Shown here in pieces: positions 27,087 to 37,652 of a stretch of 64,000 nt of DNA; within the stretch, counting starts at the first letter, position 1; each line of letters starts with the position of its first letter. A model generated the notes under the pieces. That model saw nothing but the letters and a program-made list of their open reading frames with translations. It made no database searches and had not been told where the DNA came from. This stretch comes from Candidatus Latescibacterota bacterium. GTDB lineage: Bacteria; Latescibacterota; UBA2968; GCA-2709665. The DNA is taken from NCBI GenBank assembly GCA_965203805.1, contig OZ241917.1:5024001-5088000 (forward strand). Reading direction: 5' to 3'. Made by a program: the position numbers and the translations under genes.

Positions 27087-29266
27087 GTCCTCCGATTGAG
27101 GATTCGGGAGTTCCAAACATGGAACGGCTCCAGGGCATTGTGGATCGAATCACGTTTCAGAGCGAAGAGAGCGGCTACACGGTGGCCAGGTTCCAACCGG
27201 AAGGCGCACGGGATACGGTCACCGTTGTGGGGACGACGCTTTCGTTGGTTGCCGGGGAGTGCGTGTCCCTGCAAGGGGAATGGACGGACCATGCCCGGTA
27301 CGGACGGCAGTTCAAGATCGATTCCTACGAGAAAGTATATCCGTCCACCGTACATGGAATGCGAAAGTATCTGGGTTCGGGGCTGATCAAGGGTATCGGA
27401 CCGGTGATGGCCGGGCGAATCGTGGACCATTTCGGGAAAAAGACGCTGGAGGTAATCGAGAAGGCCTCGAAACGGCTCGTGGAGGTGGAGGGGCTGGGCC
27501 GGAAGCGTGCGACGATGATCGAGGATGCGTGGAAGGAGCAGCGCGAGATCCACAACGTGATGGTGTTTCTGCAGTCGCACGACGTGGGTACGGGGCATGC
27601 GGTGAAGATCTGGAAGCAATACGGGCAGGACGCAGTTTCGCTGATTCAGGAGAATCCGTACCGGTTGTCTCGCGACGTCTGGGGCATCGGATTCGCATCC
27701 GCCGACCGGATCGCTCAGAAAATGGGCGTGGAATCCCAATCGGAGCAGCGGGTCCTTGCGGGTATCCGTTATGTACTGGACACCGCGGCGCAATCCGACG
27801 GGCACGTCTATCTGCCGGTGACGGAGTTGATGGACCGGTGCGCAGAGACGCTGGAAGTGGCGCACGAACTGATCGCGCCGTGTATCGACTTGTTACGCCG
27901 GGAGGAAGAGGTGGTCGTCGAGGACGACCGGATCTACATTCCCCCACTCTTCTTTGCCGAAAAAGGCGTGGCGACGCGGGTGCATCAGTTCTCAAACATC
28001 CGGCGCGTTGAGACCCGCGATATCGCGGCGGAAATCGCGGCGATCGAGAAACGCGACGGGATCCGGTTCGCCTCTCTGCAGAAGGTTGCGCTGGAGAAGG
28101 CCCTTTCCCACAGCCTGCTGGTGCTTACCGGCGGTCCCGGGACGGGCAAGACGACGACGATCAGGGGTCTGATCGCCCTCTTCGAGGCGAGAGACAAGGA
28201 AGTACTGCTGGCCGCGCCAACCGGACGGGCGGCCAAACGGATGTCGGAAGCCACGGGGAAGGACGCAAGAACCATCCACAGGCTGCTCAAGTTCAGCCCC
28301 GGCGATCTGAAGTTCGATATGAACTTCGAGAATCCTCTGACGTGCGATGCGATCATCGTGGACGAAGTCTCGATGGTAGACGTGGCATTGATGAATAGCC
28401 TGATGCAGGCAGTACCGCTCGGCGCGACCGTGGTTCTGGTGGGCGACGTGGACCAGTTGCCGTCGGTTGGGCCGGGGAATGTCCTGAAGGACATCATCGG
28501 CTCCGGGCAGGCGGCTGTCGTTGCGCTGAACGAGATCTTCCGGCAGGCGCGTGAGAGTCGGATCGTAATCAACGCGCACCGGATCCTGGCCGGCGAAATT
28601 CCGGAGGTGGACAACAGCCGGAACTCGGATTTTTTCTTTTCCCAGGTGGACGAGCCGGAGGAGGTAGTGGAGACGGTCTGCGGGCTCTGCGGGGACCGGC
28701 TGCCGCGCGCCTACGGCGTGGACGCAATAGACGACATCCAGGTGATGGCGCCGATGTATCGAGGCGAGACCGGCGCAACGAACCTGAACCGGGTGCTGCA
28801 GGAGCGTCTCAATCCCAACGGGCAGGAACTGCAGCGCGGCGGCGTCCGGTTCCGGGTGGGAGACAAGGTGATGCAGGTGCGGAACAACTATGACAGGGAC
28901 GTGTTCAACGGGGATATCGGGCGGGTTGCGGGGATCGATCCGACGAACCAGGCCCTCGCCGTAAGATACCCCGAGCGGACCGTGGGTTACGACTTCACGG
29001 AACTGGACGAGATTGTGCCGGCCTATGCCACCAGTGTGCACAAGAGCCAGGGGTCGGAGTATCCCGTGGTCGTGCTGCCGCTGACCACGCAACACTATAT
29101 GATGTTACAGCGGAACCTCCTGTACACGGCCATCACAAGGGCGCGGGACCTGGTTGTCATCGTCGGCACGCGGAAAGCCCTGGCCATCGCCATCAAAAAC
29201 AACCAGGTGGCCGACCGGTACACCTCGCTGCCCCAACGCATCCGGGCGGGGGCTGTTGAATCGTAA
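27083..29266 (+). CDS. recD2: ATP-dependent RecD2 helicase
   Basis: OB fold plus HhH 'IKGIGP'; Walker A 'GGPGTGKT', 'DEVSM', 'GDVDQLPSVGPG', 'HKSQGSEY'. Confidence 0.95.
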   Translation: MSPPIEDSGVPNMERLQGIVDRITFQSEESGYTVARFQPEGARDTVTVVGTTLSLVAGECVSLQGEWTDHARYGRQFKIDSYEKVYPSTVHGMRKYLGSGLIKGIGPVMAGRIVDHFGKKTLEVIEKASKRLVEVEGLGRKRATMIEDAWKEQREIHNVMVFLQSHDVGTGHAVKIWKQYGQDAVSLIQENPYRLSRDVWGIGFASADRIAQKMGVESQSEQRVLAGIRYVLDTAAQSDGHVYLPVTELMDRCAETLEVAHELIAPCIDLLRREEEVVVEDDRIYIPPLFFAEKGVATRVHQFSNIRRVETRDIAAEIAAIEKRDGIRFASLQKVALEKALSHSLLVLTGGPGTGKTTTIRGLIALFEARDKEVLLAAPTGRAAKRMSEATGKDARTIHRLLKFSPGDLKFDMNFENPLTCDAIIVDEVSMVDVALMNSLMQAVPLGATVVLVGDVDQLPSVGPGNVLKDIIGSGQAAVVALNEIFRQARESRIVINAHRILAGEIPEVDNSRNSDFFFSQVDEPEEVVETVCGLCGDRLPRAYGVDAIDDIQVMAPMYRGETGATNLNRVLQERLNPNGQELQRGGVRFRVGDKVMQVRNNYDRDVFNGDIGRVAGIDPTNQALAVRYPERTVGYDFTELDEIVPAYATSVHKSQGSEYPVVVLPLTTQHYMMLQRNLLYTAITRARDLVVIVGTRKALAIAIKNNQVADRYTSLPQRIRAGAVES

Positions 29267-29454
29267 GAGACGCCCGTCAGATACGCATTCGGACGGCATC
29301 CCGGGCCGTCCACGGCGCTCGCGTATTGCAGACCGGGACAGTTGCGCCGTGTTAATCCCGGTGTCGACCGCGTACTGGCAGACCGCCCCGCGACGGAGAT
29401 CCCCGTCAGGCAGTTCACGCCGCAACCCGCGCTTCCGCCTCAACGTGACGTCGG

Positions 29455-31203
29455 TCACAGATCGACCCTGACCTTCCCCCCGAACGCAGGGACCGATTCC
29501 CACCGCTGGACGACGCTATCCCGATCGTTTTCGAACACGGCGAGTTCCAGGTCCCGGCTCGCCTTTCCGTCCAGGTTGACGGAAACCGCCCTGCCGTCGG
29601 GCGAGGTCGCGGCCGCGATCCAGGACTCGTCCCGCGCGCGGGTATACTCGGCGGCCTCGTCGTGGCTCACCCCCCGGATATCGAACCGGTCCGTCCTCCG
29701 CGATACCAGCGACAACCACCGGTCGATCTCTTCCAGCGACAGCACGCCGAATTTCTGCTCGTGGGTCGTGATTTCGGAAAAGAACCCGCTGTCCAGCGCC
29801 TGGCGTACCGATCCGGCCGCCCGGTCCGCGGCCTTGTCCATATCATTCGTGGGGTTGTCGCCGGCCCAGGTCGTACAGCCCGTCAGCACGTCGGGCTCCA
29901 CAAGGTGTCGAGGCAGCATGGCGCCGATGTTGTACATCTCCGGGTCTTCGGGGATATAGTCGTAGAACAGGCTGTTGAGACCGTATGGCCACCAGTTGGG
30001 AAACAGCCGCTCCCACTTCACCTGTCCCAGGTGATAGGTCGAATAGACGAACGTCCGCCCCCGCGCCTTCAGATACGGCAGGACGCGCACGCCCACTTCG
30101 CCCCAGTGAAACGCGGCCCGCCGCGGCGGCCGGAGTCCCCGCTCGTCGTACCACCGGTCCACCCGATCGAAGATCGCCTTCAACTCCGCCTCGCTGTACT
30201 CCCCGATGCCGAAGTCGAACGGAATCAGCCTGTAATAATCGAACGCATGCGCGTCCCAGTCCACCTGTCCCGCTCCGCAACGCTCGCGCATGAACGGCAC
30301 GACTTCATCAGGAACGAGATCCAGGAAGCAGGAGATCATCGGCCGATACCCGTGCCGGTTCATGACTTCGGTATAACGGAAATCGTGCCGTCCCCTGCCG
30401 TCGTCCACGCGGACGGTCACGTAGGGCGGCATCATCTGCGCGACGTACGGCTTGCGCGCCGCCCAGACGATCGCGCGCCAGAAGAAGGCGTCCAGCCCCA
30501 TCGCGTGCCCCAGAAACTCCCCGTGCCAGATCCGGGGCGAACAGGCGAACTGCACCGCGCGGCCGCTGCCGCAGACCCCGGCCAGCACGGCGGGAAACTG
30601 ATCGGGTTCGTAGGCCGTGCCCGGTACATTGTGGCGTGAGAAAATGAGCTGGTCCTTGCCCATGGCAGCCTGCGCCAGTTCCACAACGTGCCGCCCCACG
30701 CGCCTGATCTGCGCGATGGTCACGGGTCGTTTCAGCCGGACCATACTGCCCGCCTGCTGCGTCCAGCTGATGAAGTGGTCGTTGTCCCCGATGCGGAACA
30801 GGTCCGAAGCCATCGGGATCCGTTCCACCTCCAGCCCCAAGAGGCGCAGCAGCGGCGGCTTATAGAGCCTCAGTTCACCATCGAAATTGACCAGGCCCAG
30901 CCCTGCTTCCTCTACGGCAGAGGCGAGCAGTTCCGTATCCGCCAACGAGAGGGCATCGCCCAGGCGCGCCTGCGCGATAACGACCGCGGCGCAGTTTACC
31001 AGCAGGTCCGGGGTCAGGGAGCCCAACGCCAGGTCGTGAATCCGGAACGGAAATCCGAAGTGCTGCAGGGCCACCAGGACGGTCTGATCCACGATGCTCG
31101 TGTCCGTATAGCTGCCCCGGCTGTCCACCAGCACCAGCAAGGCCCTGTTTCCCGTGCTCTCACGCCGGGGGCGTTGCACCATCTGTCGCGGTGAGAATCC
31201 CAT
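29455..31203 (-). CDS. Hypothetical protein, possible polysaccharide-deacetylase-like C-terminal domain
   Basis: Long ORF coupled to tsaC (start overlaps its stop). 'VRVDD' and 'DAHAF' resemble NodB-type metal motifs (weak). Confidence 0.65.
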   Translation of the reverse strand: MGFSPRQMVQRPRRESTGNRALLVLVDSRGSYTDTSIVDQTVLVALQHFGFPFRIHDLALGSLTPDLLVNCAAVVIAQARLGDALSLADTELLASAVEEAGLGLVNFDGELRLYKPPLLRLLGLEVERIPMASDLFRIGDNDHFISWTQQAGSMVRLKRPVTIAQIRRVGRHVVELAQAAMGKDQLIFSRHNVPGTAYEPDQFPAVLAGVCGSGRAVQFACSPRIWHGEFLGHAMGLDAFFWRAIVWAARKPYVAQMMPPYVTVRVDDGRGRHDFRYTEVMNRHGYRPMISCFLDLVPDEVVPFMRERCGAGQVDWDAHAFDYYRLIPFDFGIGEYSEAELKAIFDRVDRWYDERGLRPPRRAAFHWGEVGVRVLPYLKARGRTFVYSTYHLGQVKWERLFPNWWPYGLNSLFYDYIPEDPEMYNIGAMLPRHLVEPDVLTGCTTWAGDNPTNDMDKAADRAAGSVRQALDSGFFSEITTHEQKFGVLSLEEIDRWLSLVSRRTDRFDIRGVSHDEAAEYTRARDESWIAAATSPDGRAVSVNLDGKASRDLELAVFENDRDSVVQRWESVPAFGGKVRVDL

Positions 31204-31835
31204 CAGAAGTCTCCTGGCAATACTCTAAGGATTTCCGTTTCCGGGACGCGGCCCGGCCGGAGGATTTCGGGGTTGCCACGTGAGACGTCGACGAGGGTGG
31301 AGGGGCGCGGGTCGCCGGAAGGGCCGCCGTTCAGGATGAGATCGACGTCGCGGCCGAGGACGTCGGCGGCTTCCCGGGCGCTTCGGACGGGAGGCTGGCC
31401 GGATCGATTGGCGCTGGTGCTGGTGATGGGGCCTCCCGAACTGTGAAGCAGGGCGCCGGCAAGCGGCGCGTCTGACATGCGAAGCGCCAGCGTGGACGTG
31501 GATCCGAGCAGGTGCTTCGGGAGGTCTGGCGACGCGGGGAACACGAGGGTGAGCGGCCCGGGCCAGAAGGCGTCGATCAGGACTTCCGCTGCCCGTGGAA
31601 CGTGAGCAACAAGCGCGTCCACGTCCTTCCTGTCCCGGACGAGCAGGATCAGCCCCTTCTCCGCTTCCCTGCCCTTGAGCTCGAAGATACGCTCGAAAGC
31701 GGAAGGGTTGAACGGGTCTGCGCCGAGGCCGTAGACGGTCTCCGTAGGATAGACGACAACGCCGCCCCTCCGGATCCGATCGGCTGTCTGAAAGATGCCC
31801 GGCTCACCGGCCGTCAGGATGGGCGCCCGATCCAT
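31203..31835 (-). CDS. tsaC: L-threonylcarbamoyladenylate synthase (TsaC/Sua5)
   Basis: Motifs 'PTETVYGL', 'KGR', 'FWPGPLT', 'STSANRSG', 'PSTLVD'. Confidence 0.95.
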   Translation of the reverse strand: MDRAPILTAGEPGIFQTADRIRRGGVVVYPTETVYGLGADPFNPSAFERIFELKGREAEKGLILLVRDRKDVDALVAHVPRAAEVLIDAFWPGPLTLVFPASPDLPKHLLGSTSTLALRMSDAPLAGALLHSSGGPITSTSANRSGQPPVRSAREAADVLGRDVDLILNGGPSGDPRPSTLVDVSRGNPEILRPGRVPETEILRVLPGDF

Positions 31836-31837
31836 TG

Positions 31838-34800
31838 TCAAAACAGGCTTTCCGGACGGAAACGGGTCGACGTTTGTTCAAAGGCGGAAACGAAGGCGAT
31901 GAAGTCCCCGAATCCGACCGCTCCGTTGCCGTCGAGATCAAAACGTGCATCGGCGGACCCGTAGGCCCGCGCGAAGAGGATGAAGTCGGCGAAGTCAACC
32001 GCGCCGTCGCCGTTGAAGTCGGCCGCGCCGTCCGGAGGGGGCGGCGGCGGTGGTCGTGGCGGAGGCGGCGGGACGGGCGGGGGCTCGCGCCGGTAGTCAG
32101 GAGGGAAGTTTACGGTGAGTTGCAGGATGCTATTGTTGTTCGTGTCGGCAATGTAGACCCCGCCGTCGGGAGCGGTGGCAACGGCCGACGGTGAACTCAG
32201 CGATGTTTCGGTTCCGGCGCCTTCGTCCTGATTGAACCCCGGGAACCCCGTGCCCGCCACGGTCTGTATGATGCCCAGGTTCAGGTCGAGCACCCGGATG
32301 CGGTGATTGCCGGTGTCCGCGATATAGAGGTATCCGTTGTTGTCCACGGCCACGTCTACGGGGCCGTTGAGGATTGCCGTGGGCCCCGGCCCCCCGTCGC
32401 CCGAAAACCCGGCCTCTCCGGTTCCGGCCACCGTGGAGATGACGCCCTCGGCGTCCACCATCCGGATCCGATGGTTCCCGGTATCTGCGATGTACAGGCG
32501 GCCCCGGCTGTCTACCGCAACGCCCTCGGGTCCGTTCAGCGCGGCCATTGCGGCCTGGCCTCCGTCACCGGTGTAACCCTCCTCAAAGCTGCCGGCGACG
32601 GTGGTGATGATGCCGCCGGCGTCCACCTTTCGGACCCTGTGATTGAAGCGCTCCGCGATCCAGACGTTACCCGACGGGTCTGACGCAACGCCCACGGGGC
32701 CGGACAGATTCGCATCCACCGCCGGGCGTCCGTCGCCGCCGTAACCGGGGATGTCCCTGCCGGCGAAGGCGACGATATTCTCGCTCGAAAGGTCGATCCG
32801 GCGCACGATATGACCGCTCACTTCTCCAACGATCAGATCGCGTCCGGGCGTGAACGCGAGGCCCCGGGGATTACCGAGACTGGCCTCGATGGCCGGCCCG
32901 CCGGTGCCGATGGAAATCCCGATTCCGTCTCCGGCAATCGTGTTAATCGTTCCGTCCGCGCTGACCCTCCGGATCCGGTTATTTCCCGAGTCGGCAATGT
33001 AAAGGGCGCCCGCTGCCGTGGCCGCGACGCCTCGCGGGCTGTTCAGAAACGCCTGGACGGCGGGACCGCCGTCACCCCCGAAACTGCTCTGGCTTCCGCC
33101 TGTACCGGCAAGCGTACGTATTCGCGTATGGTCCGCTCCAATGGGCGGCAACAGTGTGATTCGGATCTCTCCCGGCGGGAGGCCCCCAAACCGCGCGGAT
33201 GCGAAGACATCGCCCGGCGTCGCCCCGGCCTGAAAGAAGACGGATGCGAGTCCGTCGCGCACCATCGTCGTATCGCCGCCAACGAAGGCGCCGTCGCCTG
33301 AAGAGACATGAAAGATCAGGCGGCGGTTGTTGACGAGCGTGACTTCGTCCATGGCGTCCAGGATGCGTGCGCGGATTCGGGTCTGCGCCTCGCCGTTGGC
33401 CGCCAGCACCGGCACAGCAGCATCGAGCGTGACGCGCACGGGCGGCGGCGGCACCGTTTCGGTCACCTCCAGGACGGTGTTTACAGGGACGTTCCTGATC
33501 CGCTGCGCGATACCCGAGGGCCATCGTACGGTCAGTGTATCAACCCGGACGGCGTCACCCAATCCGAAAGCGGCGGTCAGGGCGTCCTGTGACAGGTACG
33601 ACGCGCCGCCCGTAATTTCGCGAATTGTGGATGTGCCATCGAAGGCGATTTCCACCCGTGTACCGATGGCGTCCGGACTGCTCCGCGTGGCGCGCGGACG
33701 AACGGCCAGCCAGTTCCCGTTGAATTCCTGATTCCGGAAGAGACGGTCGTCGCCGTCCTGCACGGACACGAAGATGTCCAGTCCGCCGTCGCCGTCGAAG
33801 TCCGCCAGGGCCACGCCGCGGCTGTTGGCGCCGACGTCAACGCGGAAGGATTCGGCCACGTCGCTGAATGTCCCGCTGTCGTTTTGGTACAGGTTGTTTT
33901 TGCCGCCCGCGTTGGAGACGTAGAGATCCAGATCGCCGTCGTTATCGAAATCACCCCAGACCGCGCCCCTGCTGTCCACGGTGTCCGGACCCGCCACGTT
34001 GAGGCTGCTGCTGGATTCCTGGAACCGGCCGTCGGTATTGACGTAAAGGCGGTTCCCTTCACCGAAGTAAGTGACGTAAAGATCCAAGTCCTTGTCGTTG
34101 TCGAAATCCCCCCAACTCGCGCCGAAGGTCGGACCGCCCAGTCCAAGTTCCTCCAACCCCGCCTCCGACGCGGCGTCCACGAAGCTCCCCGCGTCGTTCC
34201 GAAAGAGCCGATTCGGCCCGCTGTTGGCGAGAAAGAGGTCCGCGTCGCCATCGCCGTCGTAATCCGCCCACGCGGGCTGCAGGCTGCTGTTGGCGTCGTA
34301 CAGGCCGGCTTCTTCTGCGGATTCGACGAAGCGGCCTCCCTCATTGAGATAGAAGCGGTTTTCGCCGAAGTTGGCTACGTAGAGGTCGGGGTCGCCGTCT
34401 CCCTCCACGTCGGCCCACGCCGCGCCGTACCCGTCTCCTCCGTCATCTACGCCTGCCTGTGCCGCGATTTCGGTGAAGCGGCCTCCGTCGTTCCGATAGA
34501 GCCGGTTCGGTTGACCGAAATTGGTCACGTAGAGGTCCAGGTCGCCGTCGCGGTCGATGTCCGCCCAGGCCGCCGCGCTGCCGTCGCCTTCATCCGCCAC
34601 GCCAACCCTCCCGGCAAGCTCCGTAAACCCGTCGCCGTCGTTCCGGTAGAGCAGATTGGATTGCAGGCTCCGCACCACGTAGAGGTCCGGGTCGCCATCG
34701 CCGTCGTAATCCGCCCATGCGGCGCCGAAGCTGGCGCCCGGGTCCGCCGCACCGCGGTCGCCCGCAACGTTGAGAAATCCGCCGGGCCTGGATTCCCTGC

Positions 34801-36556
34801 CGAAGCCCTCAAGGGGGATTTCCAGTTCCGGTTCGTTCGGATCGTTACTGAAAAGAGTGAGTACCGCCCGCTGTAATCCGGTCCGGGCGGGACGGAATAC
34901 GACGTCCAGACTCTGTCTCTGGCTCGACGTGATGCGCAGGGTGTCGTCCAGGCTGACGGAAAACTGCATGGCGTCCGTCAGTTCGGCACGGAAAACGGTC
35001 AGGACGCCCGCGCCCAGGTTCGCGACCCGCAGGATGGATGGCTGCTCGCGACCGACGAACGTTCGTTCGAAGACGATGGTTTCCGGAAAGACACCGATAT
35101 CCGGCGCCGCGCCCGTACCCGAGAGAGGGACGGTGAGCGTGGGACGCCATGGGTCGTCGGTATTGACGGTCAGCGTTCCCCGCACGGGCCCTTCGTCCAT
35201 CGGGCTGAACCCCAGACGGATTTCGGCCTCACCCGCCGGATCGATCTCGATTGGAAATGCGTCCAGAAGGACGAACTCTTCCCGATCGGTGTTCGCGCCG
35301 GCCAGCGTGAGGGTGCGTCTGCCAGCGTTCCCGATGGGAAACGCGCGCGACGCCTGATCTTCCACGACGACCGCGCCGAAATCGACACGGGTGGCGGTCA
35401 GACGGAGAACGGGCGACTGAAAGGCGGGGTCGAAGAGTTTGCGGATGCGGCCGTTGCCCGTGTCCACGATGAGCAGGTTTCCGTCCGGGTCGAGGACCAC
35501 GCGGGAGGGTTCCCGGAGCTCGGCGAGCGGGGCGGGTCCACCGTCGCCGGCGTCCCCGAAATTGCCGGTGCCCGCCAGGGTGAAGATAATCCCGGTGCCG
35601 GGATCCACGGCGCGGACGCGGTTGTTGCCGGTATCCGAAATATAGAGGGTCCCGTCGGCGCCGACGGCCACCCCGCCAGGCAAATCGAGACGGGCGTCGG
35701 GGGCAGGCCCTCCGTCGCCAGAGAAGGCGCCTCCGCCACCGAAAACGGGCCCGCGGCCGGCCACGGTTGTGACGATGCCCGTTTCCGCGTCCACGCGGCG
35801 AATTCGATAATTGTTGAAATCGGCGATGAAGATGTTTCCGGATGCGTCCACTGCAATGTCTTCTACGGTCAGGCCGGCCTCGACCGCCAGCCCGTCATCG
35901 CCGCCGAATGAAAAATCGCCGTCTCCTGCAAGGGTGGTGATCGCGCCGCTGTCCAGATCGATTCTGCGGACCCGGTTGTTCCCGCGAGCCTGTCCGTCCA
36001 ATCCGTCCGCGATATAGAGTCCGCCGCGGGGGCCCGCAGCCAGCGCGACGATTTCCCCGAATACGGCGGCGGCGGCCGGCCCTCCGTCGCCGTCGAAACC
36101 GAATGTTCCGTTGCCTGCGACGGTCGTGATGATCCCCGTGACGGCGTCGATGCGTCGTATGCGCCGGTTGCCCGTGTCGCCGATGTAAATGTTGCCGGCT
36201 TCGTCAACCGCAACACCCTGGGGCCTGTCCAGTCGCGCTTCGGTGGCGGGTCCGCCGTCGCCTGCAAATCCGGCTACCCCGGTGCCTGCGACGGTCGTGA
36301 TGCGTCCCGTGACCGCATCCACCCTGCGGACTCGGTGGGTGCCCGTGTCCGCGATGTAGACGTGACCATCGGCGGCGGCGGCGCCCAGGGGGATGCTCAG
36401 GGCAAGGTCGGTCGCGGGAATATTCTCGCCTTCCCGGTCACCTCCGCCCGCAATGGTGATCAGAGTGCCCCGGTCCTGAGCGAACGACGCGCCGGCCAGC
36501 GCGAGCAGGGCGCCGACGAGAAACAGGGTTGCGTGTGTTTTCCGAATGAAGCGCAT
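31838..36556 (-). CDS. Giant secreted/surface protein: NHL repeats, 2x ASPM-SPD-2-Hydin/Ig, FG-GAP repeats with ASPIC/UnbV, Ig-like, NHL repeats, Pro linker, dockerin/EF-hand-like tail
   Basis: Signal peptide; repeated 'YIADTGN.RIR.VD...I.TVAG', repeated 'WADYDGDGDPDLYV', and 'AFGLG...VRWPSG'. C-terminal 'DFNGDGAVDFADF...DLDGNGAVGFGDF'. Confidence 0.88.
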   Translation of the reverse strand: MRFIRKTHATLFLVGALLALAGASFAQDRGTLITIAGGGDREGENIPATDLALSIPLGAAAADGHVYIADTGTHRVRRVDAVTGRITTVAGTGVAGFAGDGGPATEARLDRPQGVAVDEAGNIYIGDTGNRRIRRIDAVTGIITTVAGNGTFGFDGDGGPAAAAVFGEIVALAAGPRGGLYIADGLDGQARGNNRVRRIDLDSGAITTLAGDGDFSFGGDDGLAVEAGLTVEDIAVDASGNIFIADFNNYRIRRVDAETGIVTTVAGRGPVFGGGGAFSGDGGPAPDARLDLPGGVAVGADGTLYISDTGNNRVRAVDPGTGIIFTLAGTGNFGDAGDGGPAPLAELREPSRVVLDPDGNLLIVDTGNGRIRKLFDPAFQSPVLRLTATRVDFGAVVVEDQASRAFPIGNAGRRTLTLAGANTDREEFVLLDAFPIEIDPAGEAEIRLGFSPMDEGPVRGTLTVNTDDPWRPTLTVPLSGTGAAPDIGVFPETIVFERTFVGREQPSILRVANLGAGVLTVFRAELTDAMQFSVSLDDTLRITSSQRQSLDVVFRPARTGLQRAVLTLFSNDPNEPELEIPLEGFGRESRPGGFLNVAGDRGAADPGASFGAAWADYDGDGDPDLYVVRSLQSNLLYRNDGDGFTELAGRVGVADEGDGSAAAWADIDRDGDLDLYVTNFGQPNRLYRNDGGRFTEIAAQAGVDDGGDGYGAAWADVEGDGDPDLYVANFGENRFYLNEGGRFVESAEEAGLYDANSSLQPAWADYDGDGDADLFLANSGPNRLFRNDAGSFVDAASEAGLEELGLGGPTFGASWGDFDNDKDLDLYVTYFGEGNRLYVNTDGRFQESSSSLNVAGPDTVDSRGAVWGDFDNDGDLDLYVSNAGGKNNLYQNDSGTFSDVAESFRVDVGANSRGVALADFDGDGGLDIFVSVQDGDDRLFRNQEFNGNWLAVRPRATRSSPDAIGTRVEIAFDGTSTIREITGGASYLSQDALTAAFGLGDAVRVDTLTVRWPSGIAQRIRNVPVNTVLEVTETVPPPPVRVTLDAAVPVLAANGEAQTRIRARILDAMDEVTLVNNRRLIFHVSSGDGAFVGGDTTMVRDGLASVFFQAGATPGDVFASARFGGLPPGEIRITLLPPIGADHTRIRTLAGTGGSQSSFGGDGGPAVQAFLNSPRGVAATAAGALYIADSGNNRIRRVSADGTINTIAGDGIGISIGTGGPAIEASLGNPRGLAFTPGRDLIVGEVSGHIVRRIDLSSENIVAFAGRDIPGYGGDGRPAVDANLSGPVGVASDPSGNVWIAERFNHRVRKVDAGGIITTVAGSFEEGYTGDGGQAAMAALNGPEGVAVDSRGRLYIADTGNHRIRMVDAEGVISTVAGTGEAGFSGDGGPGPTAILNGPVDVAVDNNGYLYIADTGNHRIRVLDLNLGIIQTVAGTGFPGFNQDEGAGTETSLSSPSAVATAPDGGVYIADTNNNSILQLTVNFPPDYRREPPPVPPPPPRPPPPPPPDGAADFNGDGAVDFADFILFARAYGSADARFDLDGNGAVGFGDFIAFVSAFEQTSTRFRPESLF

Positions 36557-36607
36557 AGATTGGATTCGGGCGACTGCGTGTTGCTTTTCGCCCTGCAGGC
36601 GACGGGT

Positions 36608-37609
36608 TCAACGCCCCTCGAAAAGGTCCCGACCCCTGACCAGGGCTTCGATCTTCCGGTCGGCAACGCTGCGTTGGAGCATCCAGAAACCGCAGTCGGG
36701 GTGGACGCATGCGATTCGATGGACCCCGAGGTGGCGGGCCGCGGCTTCGATGTCGGATGCGATTTCGTCCGCGGTCTCCACGACGTTGTCCTTTACGTCG
36801 ATCACACCGATACCTATTCGTACGGAATCGGGCAGGTCCTTCAGGCACGCGGCGTGTTCGATGCCCCAGCGTTTGAATTCGAGGACCAGGTGGTCCGCCC
36901 GCAGTGCCGCGAGAAACGGGACCAGATCCTGCCACGTGCCGTGCTGAACGGTCTGGCCGCCGTAATTCCCGAAACAGACGTGTACGGCCTTTTCGCCTCG
37001 AACGGCATCGAGTACGGTGTTAATCGCCGGGGCGGCCCAGGAGGCCTCTTCAGGGTGTCCGGGGATATTGGCTTCGTCGATCTGTATCACGTCCGCGTCA
37101 ATGTCGGCAACCTGCCTGGCGAGGAGTTCGCCCAGCGCCCCGGCCACGGCCGCCGGGTTGCCGTAGTGGCGATCCATAAGGACTTTGCTGAGCATGTGCG
37201 GTCCGGTGAGGGTGAACTTGAGCTTCGACCGGGTCAGGGGCCGGACCATCCGGAAGTCACCCGGCAGATTGAGCGTACCTTCAGTCAGTTCGGTTTCGAC
37301 CGTGCCCGCGGGGTCCCCGCGATAGGCAAGTCCGGCATTCTCGCGAAACGCATTCAGTTCTTCTCGCCCGAATTGCGTCGTGATACCACCCAGTCTTCGT
37401 GCGAAATAGTCGATCATCCCATTGGTTTCCGGATGGTTGACGTCGAACCGGTACAATTCGCCGTCGGCGACCACGTCGATCCCTGCATCCTCCTGGGTCT
37501 TGAGTACGACACGTACGGCATCGATCAGTGTCTGTCGGGAGGGAGAGGCTCGCAGCCAGTCCGGTACGGGATAGCTTCCGACAAGGGTGGTGAGAATGTG
37601 GTGGGACAT
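36608..37609 (-). CDS. Cobalamin-independent methionine synthase II family protein (single-barrel MetE core)
   Basis: Motifs 'TTLVGSYP', 'QEDAGIDVVADGE' and 'IQIDE'; Zn ligands 'HVCFGN', 'LEF', 'HPDCG'. Confidence 0.88.
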   Translation of the reverse strand: MSHHILTTLVGSYPVPDWLRASPSRQTLIDAVRVVLKTQEDAGIDVVADGELYRFDVNHPETNGMIDYFARRLGGITTQFGREELNAFRENAGLAYRGDPAGTVETELTEGTLNLPGDFRMVRPLTRSKLKFTLTGPHMLSKVLMDRHYGNPAAVAGALGELLARQVADIDADVIQIDEANIPGHPEEASWAAPAINTVLDAVRGEKAVHVCFGNYGGQTVQHGTWQDLVPFLAALRADHLVLEFKRWGIEHAACLKDLPDSVRIGIGVIDVKDNVVETADEIASDIEAAARHLGVHRIACVHPDCGFWMLQRSVADRKIEALVRGRDLFEGR

Positions 37610-37652
37610 GGGTAAGGGTACCGCGGGGAATCCCGGCATGCTTCAACAGGGT

